A DNA stretch of 61,701 nucleotides, the filler included, from Squatina squatina (taxonomy: Eukaryota), in assembly GCA_031763465.1 (NCBI GenBank). It is 3 parts of 3 records of this genome, joined end to end, with 100 filler letters (N's around TTAATTAATTAA, not from the genome) between each part and the next. Parts side by side here need not be neighbours in the genome. Positions count along the whole stretch, not along the records: positions 16,800 to 47,089 come from JARFOE010000013.1; positions 47,190 to 61,701 come from JARFOE010000233.1; 1 more part is not named here. One strand, given 5' to 3'. Numbering within the stretch: position 1 is the stretch's first letter; the number at the start of each line of letters is the position of its first letter. Positions 39,073 through 52,139 of this stretch are shown in pieces. Both the position numbers and the translations under genes were made by a program. Below the pieces are notes generated by a model that did no database searches, was not told the origin of the DNA, and saw nothing but the letters and a program-made list of their open reading frames with translations.

Positions 39073-41556
39073 NNNNNNNNNNNNNNNNNNNNNNNNNNNN
39101 NNNNNNNNNNNNNNNNNNNNNNNNNNNNNNNNNNNNNNNNNNNNNNNNNNNNNNNNNNNNNNNNNNNNNNNNATGGAAACCTGATTGAAGAGTTGCGGGA
39201 AAGCTGGACATAGATTTGGGAGTTGACGTGTTCAGTGACGCTGGAAAGGGTGCTTGGCGATGAGGCGATAGTTTGTAAGGACAATGGCGTCATGGGTGAG
39301 AATTTTGAGAAGGGGTCATGACAGAACTTTTGAAAGGGCAGAGTCAGTGCCTGAGGGATCCATTTTCAAGGTAGGGATATACAAGAACCAATTCTTATTT
39401 GCACCAAGTATGTGCTATGCCTAATATAATTGAAGATTGCTTTGTGGTCAGTATAGTCAACCTTCCCAGTGGAGCAAGCAAACAAAACAGATAATTGGCC
39501 CAAATTTAAAATGTTTCCTGCGACAACAGTTGCAGCTTCCTATATTAAAACCTGATGTAGATGTGTAAATGGAAATGTTATTATTTTTGCAGTAGTAAAG
39601 GGGTCCACAGGCTTAGGCTTAATACTCAGATATAACTACTGGAAAAAATAGATTGCTTTCAGTACCATAGTCCACCATTAGGCATGTAAAATAATGTCAA
39701 CCTTATTTTAGATTTTACATATCTTTGTATATATTATCAGAATTTTTAAATGCACCAGATAAGGTGCATTATATCAGTTTGTACATCCTTTATGTTATCC
39801 CAAATACTGGCATGGTTGAATGCTAACAAAACTCATCATACATCCAACTAGTGGATCCAAGTGCTTTGGAGCTCTTGGACTTAATTTCTCTCATCTTTCA
39901 CTCTCTCTGAGAGGCAGGCTGTATCTCCCTTCCTCCTTTCTCTTTTTCTCTTCCTGTTGCTGTCTGCTGGTGTTATTCCAGCAAACAAAAAACAGTGGCA
40001 CAGACAGTATCTGAATTTATTTTTTTTTGTAAAGTATCCCATTCTCACTGCCAGTAATGTATATTGGGTCCAGATTCTGTTTTCTTAAATGAGCTGACTC
40101 TGACAGCAGGATGTTCTTCAGATGCAGTAATAATAATGTTTTAAAAATTCATAGCAACTCAACATAACATTTTTTGGATTTAATTGTTTTGCTTAGACAN
40201 NNNNNNNNNNNNNNNNNNNNNNNNNNNNNNNNNNNNNNNNNNNNNNNNNNNNNNNNNNNNNNNNNNNNNNNNNNNNNNNNNNNNNNNNNNNNNNNNNNNN
40301 NNNNNNNNNNNNNNNNNNNNNNNNNNNNNNNNNNNNNNNNNNNNNNNNNNNNNNNNNNNNNNNNNNNNNNNNNNNNNNNNNNNNNNNNNNNNNNNNNNNN
40401 NNNNNNNNNNNNNNNNNNNNNNNNNNNNNNNNNNNNNNNNNNNNNNNNNNNNNNNNNNNNNNNNNNNNNNNNNNNNNNNNNNNNNNNNNNNNNNNNNNNN
40501 NNNNNNNNNNNNNNNNNNNNNNNNNNNNNNNNNNNNNNNNNNNNNNNNNNNNNNNNNNNNNNNNNNNNNNNNNNNNNNNNNNNNNNNNNNNNNNNNNNNN
40601 NNNNNNNNNNNNNNNNNNNNNNNNNNNNNNNNNNNNNNACATAAGCTGCCTTGTGTTGCATGCTAATTTGAATAATCAGCTTTTGTCACTAGCTACATTT
40701 GCTTGAAAGGCATATGAGAAATTTGACAAAATGTACTTTGGATGAATTTCTCAGAGTAAATGTTTGTACTAAAATACACATCGGTGAACACCGCACTGAC
40801 AGAAGAGCTGGTGGATGTGGCAGTAGTAATCGAAGGTGCTAAGCCAGCTGTCTCGCTCTGTTTGCTTGCTCACTGCTTTGGGCATTTTGCCAACCTCATT
40901 GGAAATAACTGCATTAGTCAAGTGTATCAGAATTATTACAACACAGCGTCCATCTCATTTATTGCTGTTTGTGCATTTTCTAAACCTATACAGCACAATG
41001 AAAGAATTTTTCAACTTGCTGACCTTTGTATCTTCATCAGGCCCAAAAGTTCGCTTTTCTTCCTGGCAAATGTTGACAGAGTAACAATATCTGCTAGCCA
41101 CTTTACGAAGCCACTGCCTTCCCAGTAGGATATGCAGAGAAAAAAGAATTCCTGATTGTATCATGACTCATGAAACATGTTTCTAGCCTGTGGGTGTCAT
41201 GTCTGTGGAGGGAAACTTACCACATGAATGTACTACAGGTATTCTAATCTATAATCTATTCCAAAAGCAAAGTAATTATGTAAAAGGTATGCAGATCTCA
41301 GTTAAACTTTCGAGTTTACTTTTTAACCATAGCTTCAAAAATAAGATTTATATATTCGTATAAATTAGTACATTACTCTATATCTCTGTAGGATGTTTAT
41401 AACAAATATCAAACTCTACAGTGTTCAAAATACCAGATCATATTCTGCATTGGCTATCAAGCAAAAAAACTACATTGTTTTGTTTGCATATCACAACTTG
41501 AAGAAAAAAATCTAACTGCTGTGCTTTATTTGCTGCAAAATAGGCAGAGAAATACA

Positions 41557-42870
41557 GGGGCTTCAATTCAACAGTGATTTGTGCATTTTATGAACGTAAA
41601 ATAGGTATAACAGTAACCAATTTAGCAGGGCAGAGGCCAGCACCCAATCTGCATTAAAACCATTGCTAAATTGGTCCTGGCCTTTTTTTAGATGGCCCTG
41701 GTGGCAGCCAGAAATTAGGTCCATGTGCCCATTTTAGACCCCGGCTCCTAACTTCATTTAGACTAGTCGGAGCTGGCAATGTGCAAATCCTGCCTAGTAT
41801 TTCCCAGGTCTTGATCATTCTAACCAGTGGTCCTTAAAGGGAGCACTAGAGCCTGCTCACATAATCTCCAAATTTTGGGGATGAAATTGCACTTTTTTTC
41901 ATCCCGTTAGCACCTCAGAGGGGCGCTAAAGGAGCAAAAAAGGTATTTTGGCCGGGTTGGGGCAGCGATCTTGCCTCCTTGGAATTCCCCGGGTGGTCGC
42001 GGAGGTGCAAGGCCCTTTGTGCTGCACGCCACGATTATCGCCCCAAGCTGGCACACCCCGTCATGAACACAGGCGCTGACCCCTTCCCACCCCTTTGCGC
42101 CTCATGGGTGAAATTACGGGGCGTGAAGCTGTCGAGGCCAAGGGTCTTAAAGGGGAGGGCCTTTGTGCCACCGGACGCCATTTTTTTTTGTCAGATGACT
42201 CTTGGGTCGGCCGACCGATGGCGGCCCTCACCTCAACTGGGCCACCATCTGTTGGCGTGGCACACCGACTAGCGCGCTGGACTGGTAGCCCGGTCTAAAG
42301 CATCCCGGGTGGCCCAGTGGCGGCCATCAGGGCGCTGTTATTTCAGTGCTGCGGCCCTCCTCTTTAACTGAAGGGGCAGGGCCTTGTCTGACATCAGTGC
42401 TCCATGGATCATCCGCAGAGCGCTAGCATTCCAAAATGCAATGCTGACGTCATCAGCACTGCACTTTACGCAGCACCCCGTCAGCGCCCCATTACCATCC
42501 CGGATGTGAGGCGGACAGCCCGGGATGTTCACTACCTCCGATTGGGGTGCAAGGGAATTTCCGTCCCAATTCTTGCAGAGCTGGAAGATGCAGGAGTGGT
42601 TCTCCTGGCTTCACAAAACAATGTTGACCACTGGGGGCCCACCCTCGCCCACCTCCCAGTCACCTCCCCACCCTGATCTTACCTGTGGGCCTCAGGACTG
42701 GCTGAAACACCCTGAGGCGCGAGCTGCATTGGGGTGCCTAATTGGCGACAGTAGCTCACCTGAATTATGATAGTGAGACCTGAGGACGAATTTAATTTGG
42801 ATTTCTGGTGCGCTGTCACTTTCTGCTGCTAGAATCACCCCCAGTTTGGGGCGCTAATGAATTTAGGCCG
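41557..42870. mobile_element. Nested GC-rich TIR-type (Harbinger-like) non-autonomous elements
   Basis: Starts ggggcttcaattc, with an internal ggggatgaaattg at about 41877 and gaatttaggcc at about 42860-42869; several cttaaaggg cores. Confidence 0.55.
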
Positions 42871-44624
42871 CACACTCTTGAGTGAGTGGTGTTTATTTTA
42901 CACCTCAGACAAATATTCAAAGTGTCAACTTTGCTCAGTGGTAGCAGTCACATCTCTGAGCATGAAGGTTAATGGTTCAAGCTCCATTGCAGGACCTGAG
43001 CACATAACTAGGTTGACATTGCAGTGTGGGGAGTGTTGCATTGTCAGGGTGATGAGCTTTTGAACAAAACATTAAACTAATGAAATATCTCTTGGCATTA
43101 TTAAAGTTCTCCTGGTGTTTTATCCCTCAATCAACACCAAAAAAAATGGATTTCTGTTACACTTATTGGCTGCTTCATTTGTCTGAAAGGCCCAACCTCA
43201 ATTTCCCTCCCCCTGCTTCTGCTGGGATAGCTGTGAGCTGCTCCTTCCCCACCCACTGGATTCAAATGCTGGTTGGGCTGGTGGCCCATTTCCCTCCCAT
43301 TTACCCCTGTTCCTGCTGCTCCCCAGGACTGCCAGGCAAATCACTTCAAATATTGCAAATAGAGGAAAAGAGCCTCGNNNNNNNNNNNNNNNNNNNNNNN
43401 NNNNNNNNNNNNNNNNNNNNNNNNNNNNNNNNNNNNNNNNNNNNNNNNNNNNNNNNNNNNNNNNNNNNNNNNNNNNNTTCCAATAATTCAAATAGTACAA
43501 TTGCTAGGTTGTGTAATAGCACAAAACCTATATTCATATCAGCATATAATCCATTGAAAACAAACACTGCAATGTTTATGCAGTAGGTAGGTGCCTGACT
43601 AACTATCTTCATAATTTGCTCGCTTAAATATTCAGTAATAGCCGAAAAAAGACCATTAAATTTTTTTACTAAAATCGAGTGGAATACAAACATTTGCTTG
43701 TAGCATCTTTGTTGTTTGTCTTTAAATATGACTAGGCACAGATTATAATACAAAATACAGATCAACTAAACAGTTAAAGACAAAGTAATCATGCCACGGA
43801 CAGAAGAGTTAATTGAAAACCAAACTGCTGAGAGACTTGGGCAGTAAATTAAAACATTTAGGCACAATTTTTTTTGGCTTTCAGACACAGCATTATCCTT
43901 ACTGCAATAACTAAAGCAAAGTTGCCATTGCTTCAGCAAATCTGCATGTTAGGGAAGAGATGTTTTGCTTTGGTAATATAGTTAATGAGTCTAAAAATAT
44001 TCAGTATAATAACTCTGTCAAAGCCCCCACAGTCTTTTCAATGAGCAAACTCCTGCAGGATTCCAATGGGGAGCCAAGTAATGAGCTTTCAGTATTCGCT
44101 CCCACATCGTCCAAGCGAAATATACTCAGGCCTCCATGGTTCCACATCATTAGTAACATGAAACAAAGACACATGCTTGACTTTAACAAGCAACTGAAAC
44201 TACTGACTTATTAGCCTGTTACTGCACATAAACTTAATTTCTATCTGACAAAAAAAATGGATTCTAACAAAAAAGCACAAAAATCTATATATCAATTAAT
44301 GAAATAAGTGGCTAGGATTCAAGCAGAAAGCAGGACCCTGTGGAAGTATTTTAACACTAAGTCTCACACGGCCTGTAACTAGCGGTTTGAAAGCACAGCT
44401 AAGGTAGACTACCGCAGCAAGAGAATAGGCACACACAGGCTAGAGTCCTATTGTTGCAAACAATTATGAAGTTACATACAATCTAACCATCCATCTCGTT
44501 TATTCAAGTCCACTCACGTAATTANNNNNNNNNNNNNNNNNNNNNNNNNNNNNNNNNNNNNNNNNNNNNNNNNNNNNNNNNNNNNNNNNNNNNNNNNNNN
44601 NNNNNNNNNNNNNNNNNNNNNNNN

Positions 44625-44935
44625 CAGCAGATGGACTGAGGCAGGTGATATTATGTAGATGGAAGTTGACAGTCATTGTGTTGGTGAGGATTTGGGGTTG
44701 GAGGACAGCTCAGGGTCAAATAGGATGTCGAGATTGTGAACAGTCTGGTTCAGCTTGAGACAGTGATCAGGGAGGGAGATGAAATCGGTAGCTAGGAAAT
44801 GGGATTTGTGGTGAAGGCTGAAGACAATTGCTTCAGTCTTCCCACTGTTAATTGGAGGAAATTTTTTCTCCTCCAGAACTGATGTCGGCAAGTCTGAAAA
44901 CACAGAGAAAATGGAGGGGTCAAGAGTGGTGATAG
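44625..44935 (-). mobile_element. L2 RT fragment
   Basis: INSGKTEAIVF...LNQTVHNLDILFDPELS. Confidence 0.8.
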
Positions 44936-46749
44936 GGTTTTGTAGGGTTTTGCTATAGTATTCTGTCTAATAAAATAGTGTTACCTCAGCAAAAAACGAT
45001 GAGATTTTTTTAAACCTCAACCTAATAGAGCTTCCACTACCGACAGGCAAGTATGACCAAAAGGAACATTCATGTCCTCTAGCAGCTAGGGCAATGTAAC
45101 ACACTGTTTAGTCAGCTGAAAATAGATCTTAAAAAAAAAACAAATTTCACACACGTCTGATCAAAGACCCATCTTGGACTCATAAGGAATTTAAAATTGC
45201 ATTCACACAGCATAAGCCAAGTACTTTATAATCATGCTTTAAATCTAACTTTAAAACTCTTTGCATGTTTTTTTATGAACACTTGTTTTGCTCAAAAATT
45301 CTATTCAAAATTCTTTCATTTTTTTTGAACTGCAATAACGTACTAGTGAACTATAAGAAAATAAATACAAAAGCAAAATACTGCAGATGCTGGAATCTAG
45401 AATATAAGAAAATAAAGGCGCATCAATACTTGTACAGAAGTGCTCCATTTTATCTTACAAATCAGTGTAATTGTAATTTAGAAACAGTGATATACTAGCC
45501 ATATTTGATATTCAGTTGCTAAATCTGTAGTCTGCTTAGCCACGCAGCAAAAAGGTACCATCACACTGAAAATTAAGTTGCTTGTTTCAAACATTATTCT
45601 AATGTTTCAAAAATTCTGGTGGAAATTACATATAAAACTAAGGAATAGCAAATGGATTACATTTTTATTCTCTGACAGTCAATGAATGTTTTCTGATAAA
45701 TTGCATCATATGCCATCTTTAATTTTATTTTGTTTATTGTTTTTCTATCAATGGATTTATATGATGTCATGCTTACTCATTTTTCTCAGTTTTCACTGAA
45801 TGCTTTGAATGTTATGCGTTAATCTGATAGAAAATAATGTGATAACGTAAATCAACTTTTGTGTAGAAATACTCTTAAAAAATACGTACTTCCACTTTAA
45901 TCAATTTATCTAATATTAAAACTTGCTGAAGTTTGTGCAAGTTATTTGTTTTTAAAACCACAGTTTGTGGTTCACGTGTTTTGAATAATGTTTATAAGTC
46001 ATATGATATAGCCCTGATTAGGTACCTAACAAGTCACATATATGTTATATTTTACCAAATATCCTCATAACTCCCATTTATTTTGGATATAAAAGGTTAT
46101 TATGAGGTATTACTGTCATTGGGACTGAAAATGGACAGTTGCATTTTGGTTTTTTAATATCATAGTAAGGTAGATGGATGATGCGTTTTTCTGGAAATTT
46201 CTTGTCTGTTATTGTCCTCCTAGAGCAGCTGATGGCTGCTTAATGCTCTTTAGTTTTGTCATGCTCTGAGGCACATGCTGCTGGGCCATGATAAGCTTTA
46301 CAGGAATAAAAACAGCTAACACGTCCATCAAAGTATTTTAATTTTACATCTTAAAGTTTAGGTGAGGCCAATTTATGCAGTTTGAATAGCATCAAAGGCT
46401 TCCTGCTTTTAAACAAAAGGGTAAAATAAATCCTCAAGCTGCCTTTATGGAACTGCATGAAACAGAAATGGTTTACTCATCAGCTTTGCAGTCACTGGTT
46501 TGCCTCAGCTAGAACAAAACTGCTGAAGCATTTAGAGAAAATTAACCCCCCATCCTAGCAGCCAGATGTGACTGGATTCTGATGAATGCACATGAGTGGG
46601 CTGAAAAATCAAGAGACTGTGAAATTCCTGTCAGGCCTATACAGTACAGAATGGGCTATTGACTGCTTTCTGTATTCTCTCCATCATTCTTTTTGAACAC
46701 TGCCATTAATTTCCCCTCCTACTCTGCCTTTTTTTTAAAATCCCATCAG

Positions 46750-46884
46750 CTCTCAGCACTGCAAACGAGGATGCGTAAGGCACTAGTGGACTATTCCAAA
46801 CAACGGGGCCTTTACAGCCAAGCAGCGCTGGCTACATCCCAAGCTCTCTCTCATGAGAATGCTCAGAAAATAATAGCTATGCAG
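46750..46884 (+). CDS. 135-nt exon of a CCDC178-like coiled-coil protein (near C-terminus)
   Basis: Acceptor catcag after a pyrimidine-rich tract, donor CAG|gtacgt, phase 0-0. Peptide LSALQTRMRKALVDYSKQRGLYSQAALATSQALSHENAQKIIAMQ aligns without gaps to my recollection of human CCDC178 LCQLQRRMHTLWQEHFKLVVLFSQMRLANFQTDSQESIQKILAVQ. Confidence 0.75.
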
Positions 46885-47089
46885 GTACGTTTTAAAGGAG
46901 TTATGGAGGGATAATGGGATTAAGTCTGAAAAGAAAATAATTGGAAGTGGATGCCCAGTATTAAAATTCAAACACATTATGATATAATTGAAATTTCATA
47001 CACAGGGAAAATTGCTGCTAGTAAGATGTTGGTATTATGGATAGAGTATATCTGTTTCCTGCCCTTTAAAATTATATAGCTACAATTAG

Positions 47090-47189
47090 NNNNNNNNNNN
47101 NNNNNNNNNNNNNNNNNNNNNNNNNNNNNNNNNTTAATTAATTAANNNNNNNNNNNNNNNNNNNNNNNNNNNNNNNNNNNNNNNNNNNN
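47090..47189. other. Artificial contig linker (N44-TTAATTAATTAA-N44)
   Basis: Same construct as 16700-16799; 12-mer at 47134-47145. Confidence 0.95.
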
Positions 47190-47316
47190 GTTCCGACATG
47201 ACTTTGCTTCGTTGTACAATAATCACATAAAGTTAATATTAATATGACCAGGGTCAAGATTTTAAATATTACACTTAAAATAACCGCATATAATAAATTT
47301 GCAAATGACATCTTAC

Positions 47317-47387
47317 CTTGTTATCTGTGTCCTTGTGTTAAAATCAAGGGAACGCATTGATCGTAACACTTCTATACAGCCCAGATA
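47317..47387 (-). CDS. SHC3: SHC3 exon 2 (PTB domain), [23 protein letters not shown](R)
   Basis: 71-nt exon with acceptor tttcttttacag and donor AAG|gtaaga. The peptide is nearly identical to SHC3 ([23 protein letters not shown]) rather than SHC1 (YMGCVEVLQSMRALDF). Not in the ORF track. Confidence 0.93.
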
Positions 47388-47554
47388 CTGTAAAAGAAAT
47401 GACAATAATGTCTGAATTTATAATAAATATTTTTTGCTATTTTCCTTAAACTTTAGCTTGGTCTGGAATATTAATAACTTCTTTCCATAAGTCATTCAAA
47501 TGTTAAATTGTTTTGTTTTAAATAATTAATTTCTTCTGATATTTGAAAGCATAT

Positions 47555-47710
47555 TAATAATAACTTGTATTTATATAGCGCCTTTAATGTAGTAATATAT
47601 CCCAAGGTGCTTCACAGGAATGTTATCAGACAAAATTTGACACCGAGCCACACAAGAAGATGTTACAACAGGTGACCAAAAGCTTGGTCCAAGAGGTAGG
47701 TTGAAAGGAT
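47555..47710 (-). mobile_element. L2 3' tail fragment
   Basis: Same tail as 10635-10800; a further copy at about 49812-50162. Confidence 0.75.
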
Positions 47711-48187
47711 TCATTAAATGTATCATTCCAAACACTGTACACCATGACACACACTTTCACACCATCGGCATTCAAACTCCTCAATATCCACGGTGAACTA
47801 ATGGTCCTGTATTACTGAGTGGACACAGCCTAGACGCTTTGCTACATTAAAGGCACTATATAAATGCAAGTTGTTGTTATTGTAGATAGCCTCCTGTGTT
47901 AGATGCGGCTCAAAAAACTGTTCAGTAGTTAACAGTAGTTAATTATTTATTGACAGCTTAAATGAATGCCACATAATAAAAGGCTTAAGAGTAAAATGTA
48001 TTCTAGTATGGTGGGAAAGGGAGCCTGCAACAGGTAGATTGGTGAGGATGAGGTCAAGTAGGTTATTCACTTGTGTTAGTTTTCTCANNNNNNNNNNNNN
48101 NNNNNNNNNNNNNNNNNNNNNNNNNNNNNNNNNNNNNNNNNNNNNNNNNNNNNNNNNNNNNNNNNNNNNNNNNNNNNNNNNNNNNNN

Positions 48188-48425
48188 CAGAATGGCCGGC
48201 GGCCCTCCCCTTTAAGAGAGGCTGTCGTGCTGATGCCAGCGCGCGGTGAGCTGACACCGATGATATGGTGCTGAAGCCACGCCACCGGCGTCCAAGCCCT
48301 GCCTCCCCAGGAGCGCCCGGGAGTGCGCTGCGTCCCGCAGGCGCTCTGGATTGCTGAATTCCGGGAGAAATGCCGGCACCACCCCATTCGCGTGTCAAAC
48401 TCATCACCCCACAATTTTGGCCCCA
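48188..48425. mobile_element. GC-rich TIR element half
   Basis: cccctttaag core, CpG-rich body, ends caattttggcccc. Confidence 0.55.
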
Positions 48426-51400
48426 AGGTGTGTTATGTCATTTGTTTCTGAATTTAAAGTTGTACCAAGATGTTTCTTGATGAAGTGCGAAAGGTGATAT
48501 TGTTAGTTTCTATTTTAAATATCACATTAACATAAGTTTTACAGTACAGAAGTATTTCGAGTTAATTATAAATCAGAGATAAGATTCATTTTAACTGAAT
48601 GGTAATCTTGACACCTAACAGTTTCAACCTGGAACAGTAGGCTACTTTCAACAAATGAGATGAATCAAATCCATCCATCAGTGCAAAGATTTTTTTTAAA
48701 TATAGGCGCAGAAATTCTGCTGGGATTTTCTGCAGACCTCATCCCAATCCCAGCGAAGGGCTCATTTGCACACTTCGGGTGGGCTGCCATTGCCGACAAG
48801 GTTGCTTCAGTAGTGCCTGTTCCAATCAGCCCTTGTGAAATGCAGAGGCCCTGTACAGCTGCTCCACCTGAGGCACACTGAGATCCTTTCAGGCCGATGA
48901 TAAAAATATGCTATAGCATTCTTCAGCCAAAAGGAGCCACTCTGTCTCAAGACAGAAGGTAACTGATTCCTTCTTGGATCATGTTGGTTTGGATAAGGTT
49001 TGGGGCCTTTCAAAAGGCCTCAGTGAGACTCATGGCAGCTGTCAACTGGCAAGGGTTCCACTGAGCATACAGAAGAGCAGAATGGCAGGAGGTCGCGTGG
49101 GGACTGCCACAGACATAACCCCTTGACATAGGAGAGCGGGGAGAAGAATCTTCCCACTGACCCTGCAAGCTCCAGATGAATCAGTGCTGGTGAGCACCCA
49201 CTGTCACGATCCTAGTTCAGGCGGCGAGACCACGATCTATGGAAGTTCGGGGCCACATTGATTATGACTCCTTTATCAACAGAGAATCTATGTAAAAATG
49301 CTCTTCACAGTAGGTAAAAAAAATGCATTCCCAGAATTAGCCACTGATTGCAAATATGGAATTAAAATAAAGAAACTGTAAATGCGGGAAATCTGACAAA
49401 AAAACTAAAATGTTGGAAATGTACAGCAGGTCAATCTGCATCGATAACAGATGAAAGTTTGCACCTGAATGTTAATTTCTCTTTCTCTTTCAGATGCTGA
49501 CTGACCTGCTGGGCACATCCATTTTTTTCTGGTTTTATTTAATATTCCATTTGCAACTTCACAATCTGCAGTTCTGTATATATTCTAAGAGCAGAGGAGG
49601 GTTATATAACTCGTGTAGGTATCGTCTGGAACTGCAGGCGTTATATAAAGAGCTGTCTATTGTGAAATTTACAATATGTTCTTTTGAAATGCAGAAACAA
49701 CAGATTGCTAAATTGCAGAATTACCGAGTGACTCATGAATGATTCACCAGAGAATCATGGGAATTTAACTTTAGACTTGTTTATAATGCTTTTTGCATTG
49801 CTGAAGTGTATCAATAACAACTTGCATTTACATAGCACCTTTAATGTAGAAAACCATCCCAAAATGCTATGTAGAAGTGTAACCAGACAAAAATGAATGC
49901 TATGCCAAAGAAGGAGATATTGGGAGGGGGGACTAAAAGTTTTGTCAAAGAGGTGGGTTTTAAGGAGGGTCTTAAAGGAGGAGAGAGGGAGATAGAGGTT
50001 TAAGGGGGGAATTGCAGAACTGAAAGCTGAGAGTGCTGAAAGCACTGCTGCCAATGGTCGGGGCAAGGCATTGGCAAATGCTTGAGAGGCCAGAGTCAGA
50101 GGAACAGAAGGTTTCGGAAGGGTTGTCGGGCTGGAGGAGGTTACAGTGACAGAGAGAGGCAGNNNNNNNNNNNNNNNNNNNNNNNNNNNNNNNNNNNNNN
50201 NNNNNNNNNNNNNNNNNNNNNNNNNNNNNNNNNNNNNNNNNNNNNNNNNNNNNNNNNNNNNNACCCCAACCTTAGAACAGCACGTCCCACTGCACTAGTG
50301 TAATAGTTATATTTCCCAGACCTATCATTTTTGGGGGCTTTTAAACAATATTGCCAATTAGTGCTGATTTGCAGGGTAATTTTGTGCTGTGTCCAATGGC
50401 AATTAGCTGAAACTATGGAAACTCATTTCAGTTGGCACTCATACGGCTGACCGATTAAGAAGATTTTATCTCATCAGTTTTTTCAGTCTGGGCTGGATTG
50501 AAACCTAGGCCCCTAAAGTCNNNNNNNNNNAACATACTTTAGCTTTTGTTCCCCCATTCATTGAGCTACAATTGTATGGGAAGAGGCTACTACAGATGCC
50601 ATGGGGTAGAATTTCCATGGTGGTTCCCAAATCTCCTGCCATAACTTTGGTTAAGATTGGCAGAAAGCTTGGAGAAATTACATAAATGGCTGTTTACACA
50701 GTTTTTCCTGAGTTTCTACTGGACGATCAGGAGAAAACTCATTAAATTTACTGCTGTACAATTCAGGAAGCAGTATTGTTAAAAGTTTAAATTATTCAAT
50801 CTTTACATGTGTTCTGAAAACCCTTTTGGTCCTGTGCTAGAGTTCCACTGAAAAACATAAAATATCAGAACCTTGTATTTGGAAGTCAGTGAACTAATAA
50901 TGTGGCAAATATCAGCCTTGTAACACATTGATATGGATTATAGAGTGCACATAGGTGTGGCAAACAGTTTTAACACTCTCAGGTATCTAATTGACTTTGT
51001 CCACTGACAATATTGTTCAACAAGAATGCCAAACTTTGTTATGAAATTTATTTTTTACAATTTGATACACCTACAGTTTAGATTTGATAATGTTGCAATT
51101 AATCGCAGCGCTAGCTATACTAAAGCACCCAATTTAGTTTAGTCGGTGGGTTTATTAATTCACAGTATCACTTCTTTTAGTAATGAACAAAAAATATTCC
51201 CATAATGTTCTTGTATGGCTCCAAAAAGGCTCTTCCATAAGCCATTTTAAAGAAGCATCAGCATTAATGTAACATCTGGCAATACCATACACCCACGCAG
51301 AAGTAGTCATGCTGTTAAGTAACAGGCGTGAAATTACTGCAACTTCCTGCACCAGACTAAATCTAATCTACTTGAAGCTGCAGAACACAGGCTTGCAGAT

Positions 51401-52139
51401 AGAATCTCAAACTCAGCAATCATTGCTAGAATTTTCTATCTGTTGCATTTGAAAGAGCAAATTAATGAGATGTTATTCCTTTGCTTCCTGGCCTTGCCGA
51501 GCCGTGCTTTAAACATGTATTTTACCAATGTCGAATCATTTCACCCACTAGCAACAGACATCCCAGAGCTTTGGTTAATTATCTTCAGGGTTCAGGAGAA
51601 ATTTCACAGCATTATTTTCCTGGAGGCTTACCTGTTATTTGTTACCAAGCACACAAGATTGATTAGTTTGAGTAGAATCATTTTCAGTGGAAGGAGTGGC
51701 CTTCGTAGGATAAACTGCATTTTATTATTGCAGACTTTTTCATACTTCTTAACATGCAAAAGTACACTTTACAGTACATTATAAGGCTGATTCCACAATC
51801 AGGAAGTCCCAGTGAGAAATGGTGTCCGGCACAGGTGCGATGGGCCAAATGGCCTCCTTCTATGATTCTTTGAATAACCTTGCCATATAAAATGGAATGG
51901 GAAAAATGTTCCCAGAGCGATGGGGAGGGATTTGGGAGCAGGCACAATGCCACCCCTCCCGCAACCCTCCCAAAAGTGACAACATGCGCTTCTCCTCCAA
52001 TCCCACATTCTTACCCGCNNNNNNNNNNNNNNNNNNNNNNNNNNNNNNNNNNNNNNNNNNNNNNNNNNNNNNNNNNNNNNNNNNNNNNNNNNNNNNNNNN
52101 NNNNNNNNNNNNNNNNNNCCAATATGACATCAAGAAATC

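Noticed and set aside
40760-41164. ORFs of 69-122 aa (also 43960-44214, 57538-57700)
   Set aside because: No recognisable domain or convincing splice-site pair; may be conserved non-coding sequence, which cannot be shown here.
41870-42870. CpG-island promoter or GC-rich ORFs (also 26219-26733, 55138-55873)
   Set aside because: Bounded by TIR-like ends and sharing motifs with other dispersed copies; the ORFs reflect stop-poor GC-rich sequence.
46750-47387. Antisense nested gene pair (CCDC178-like exon inside SHC3 intron 2)
   Set aside because: The two exons are separated by an artificial linker, so adjacency is unsupported.
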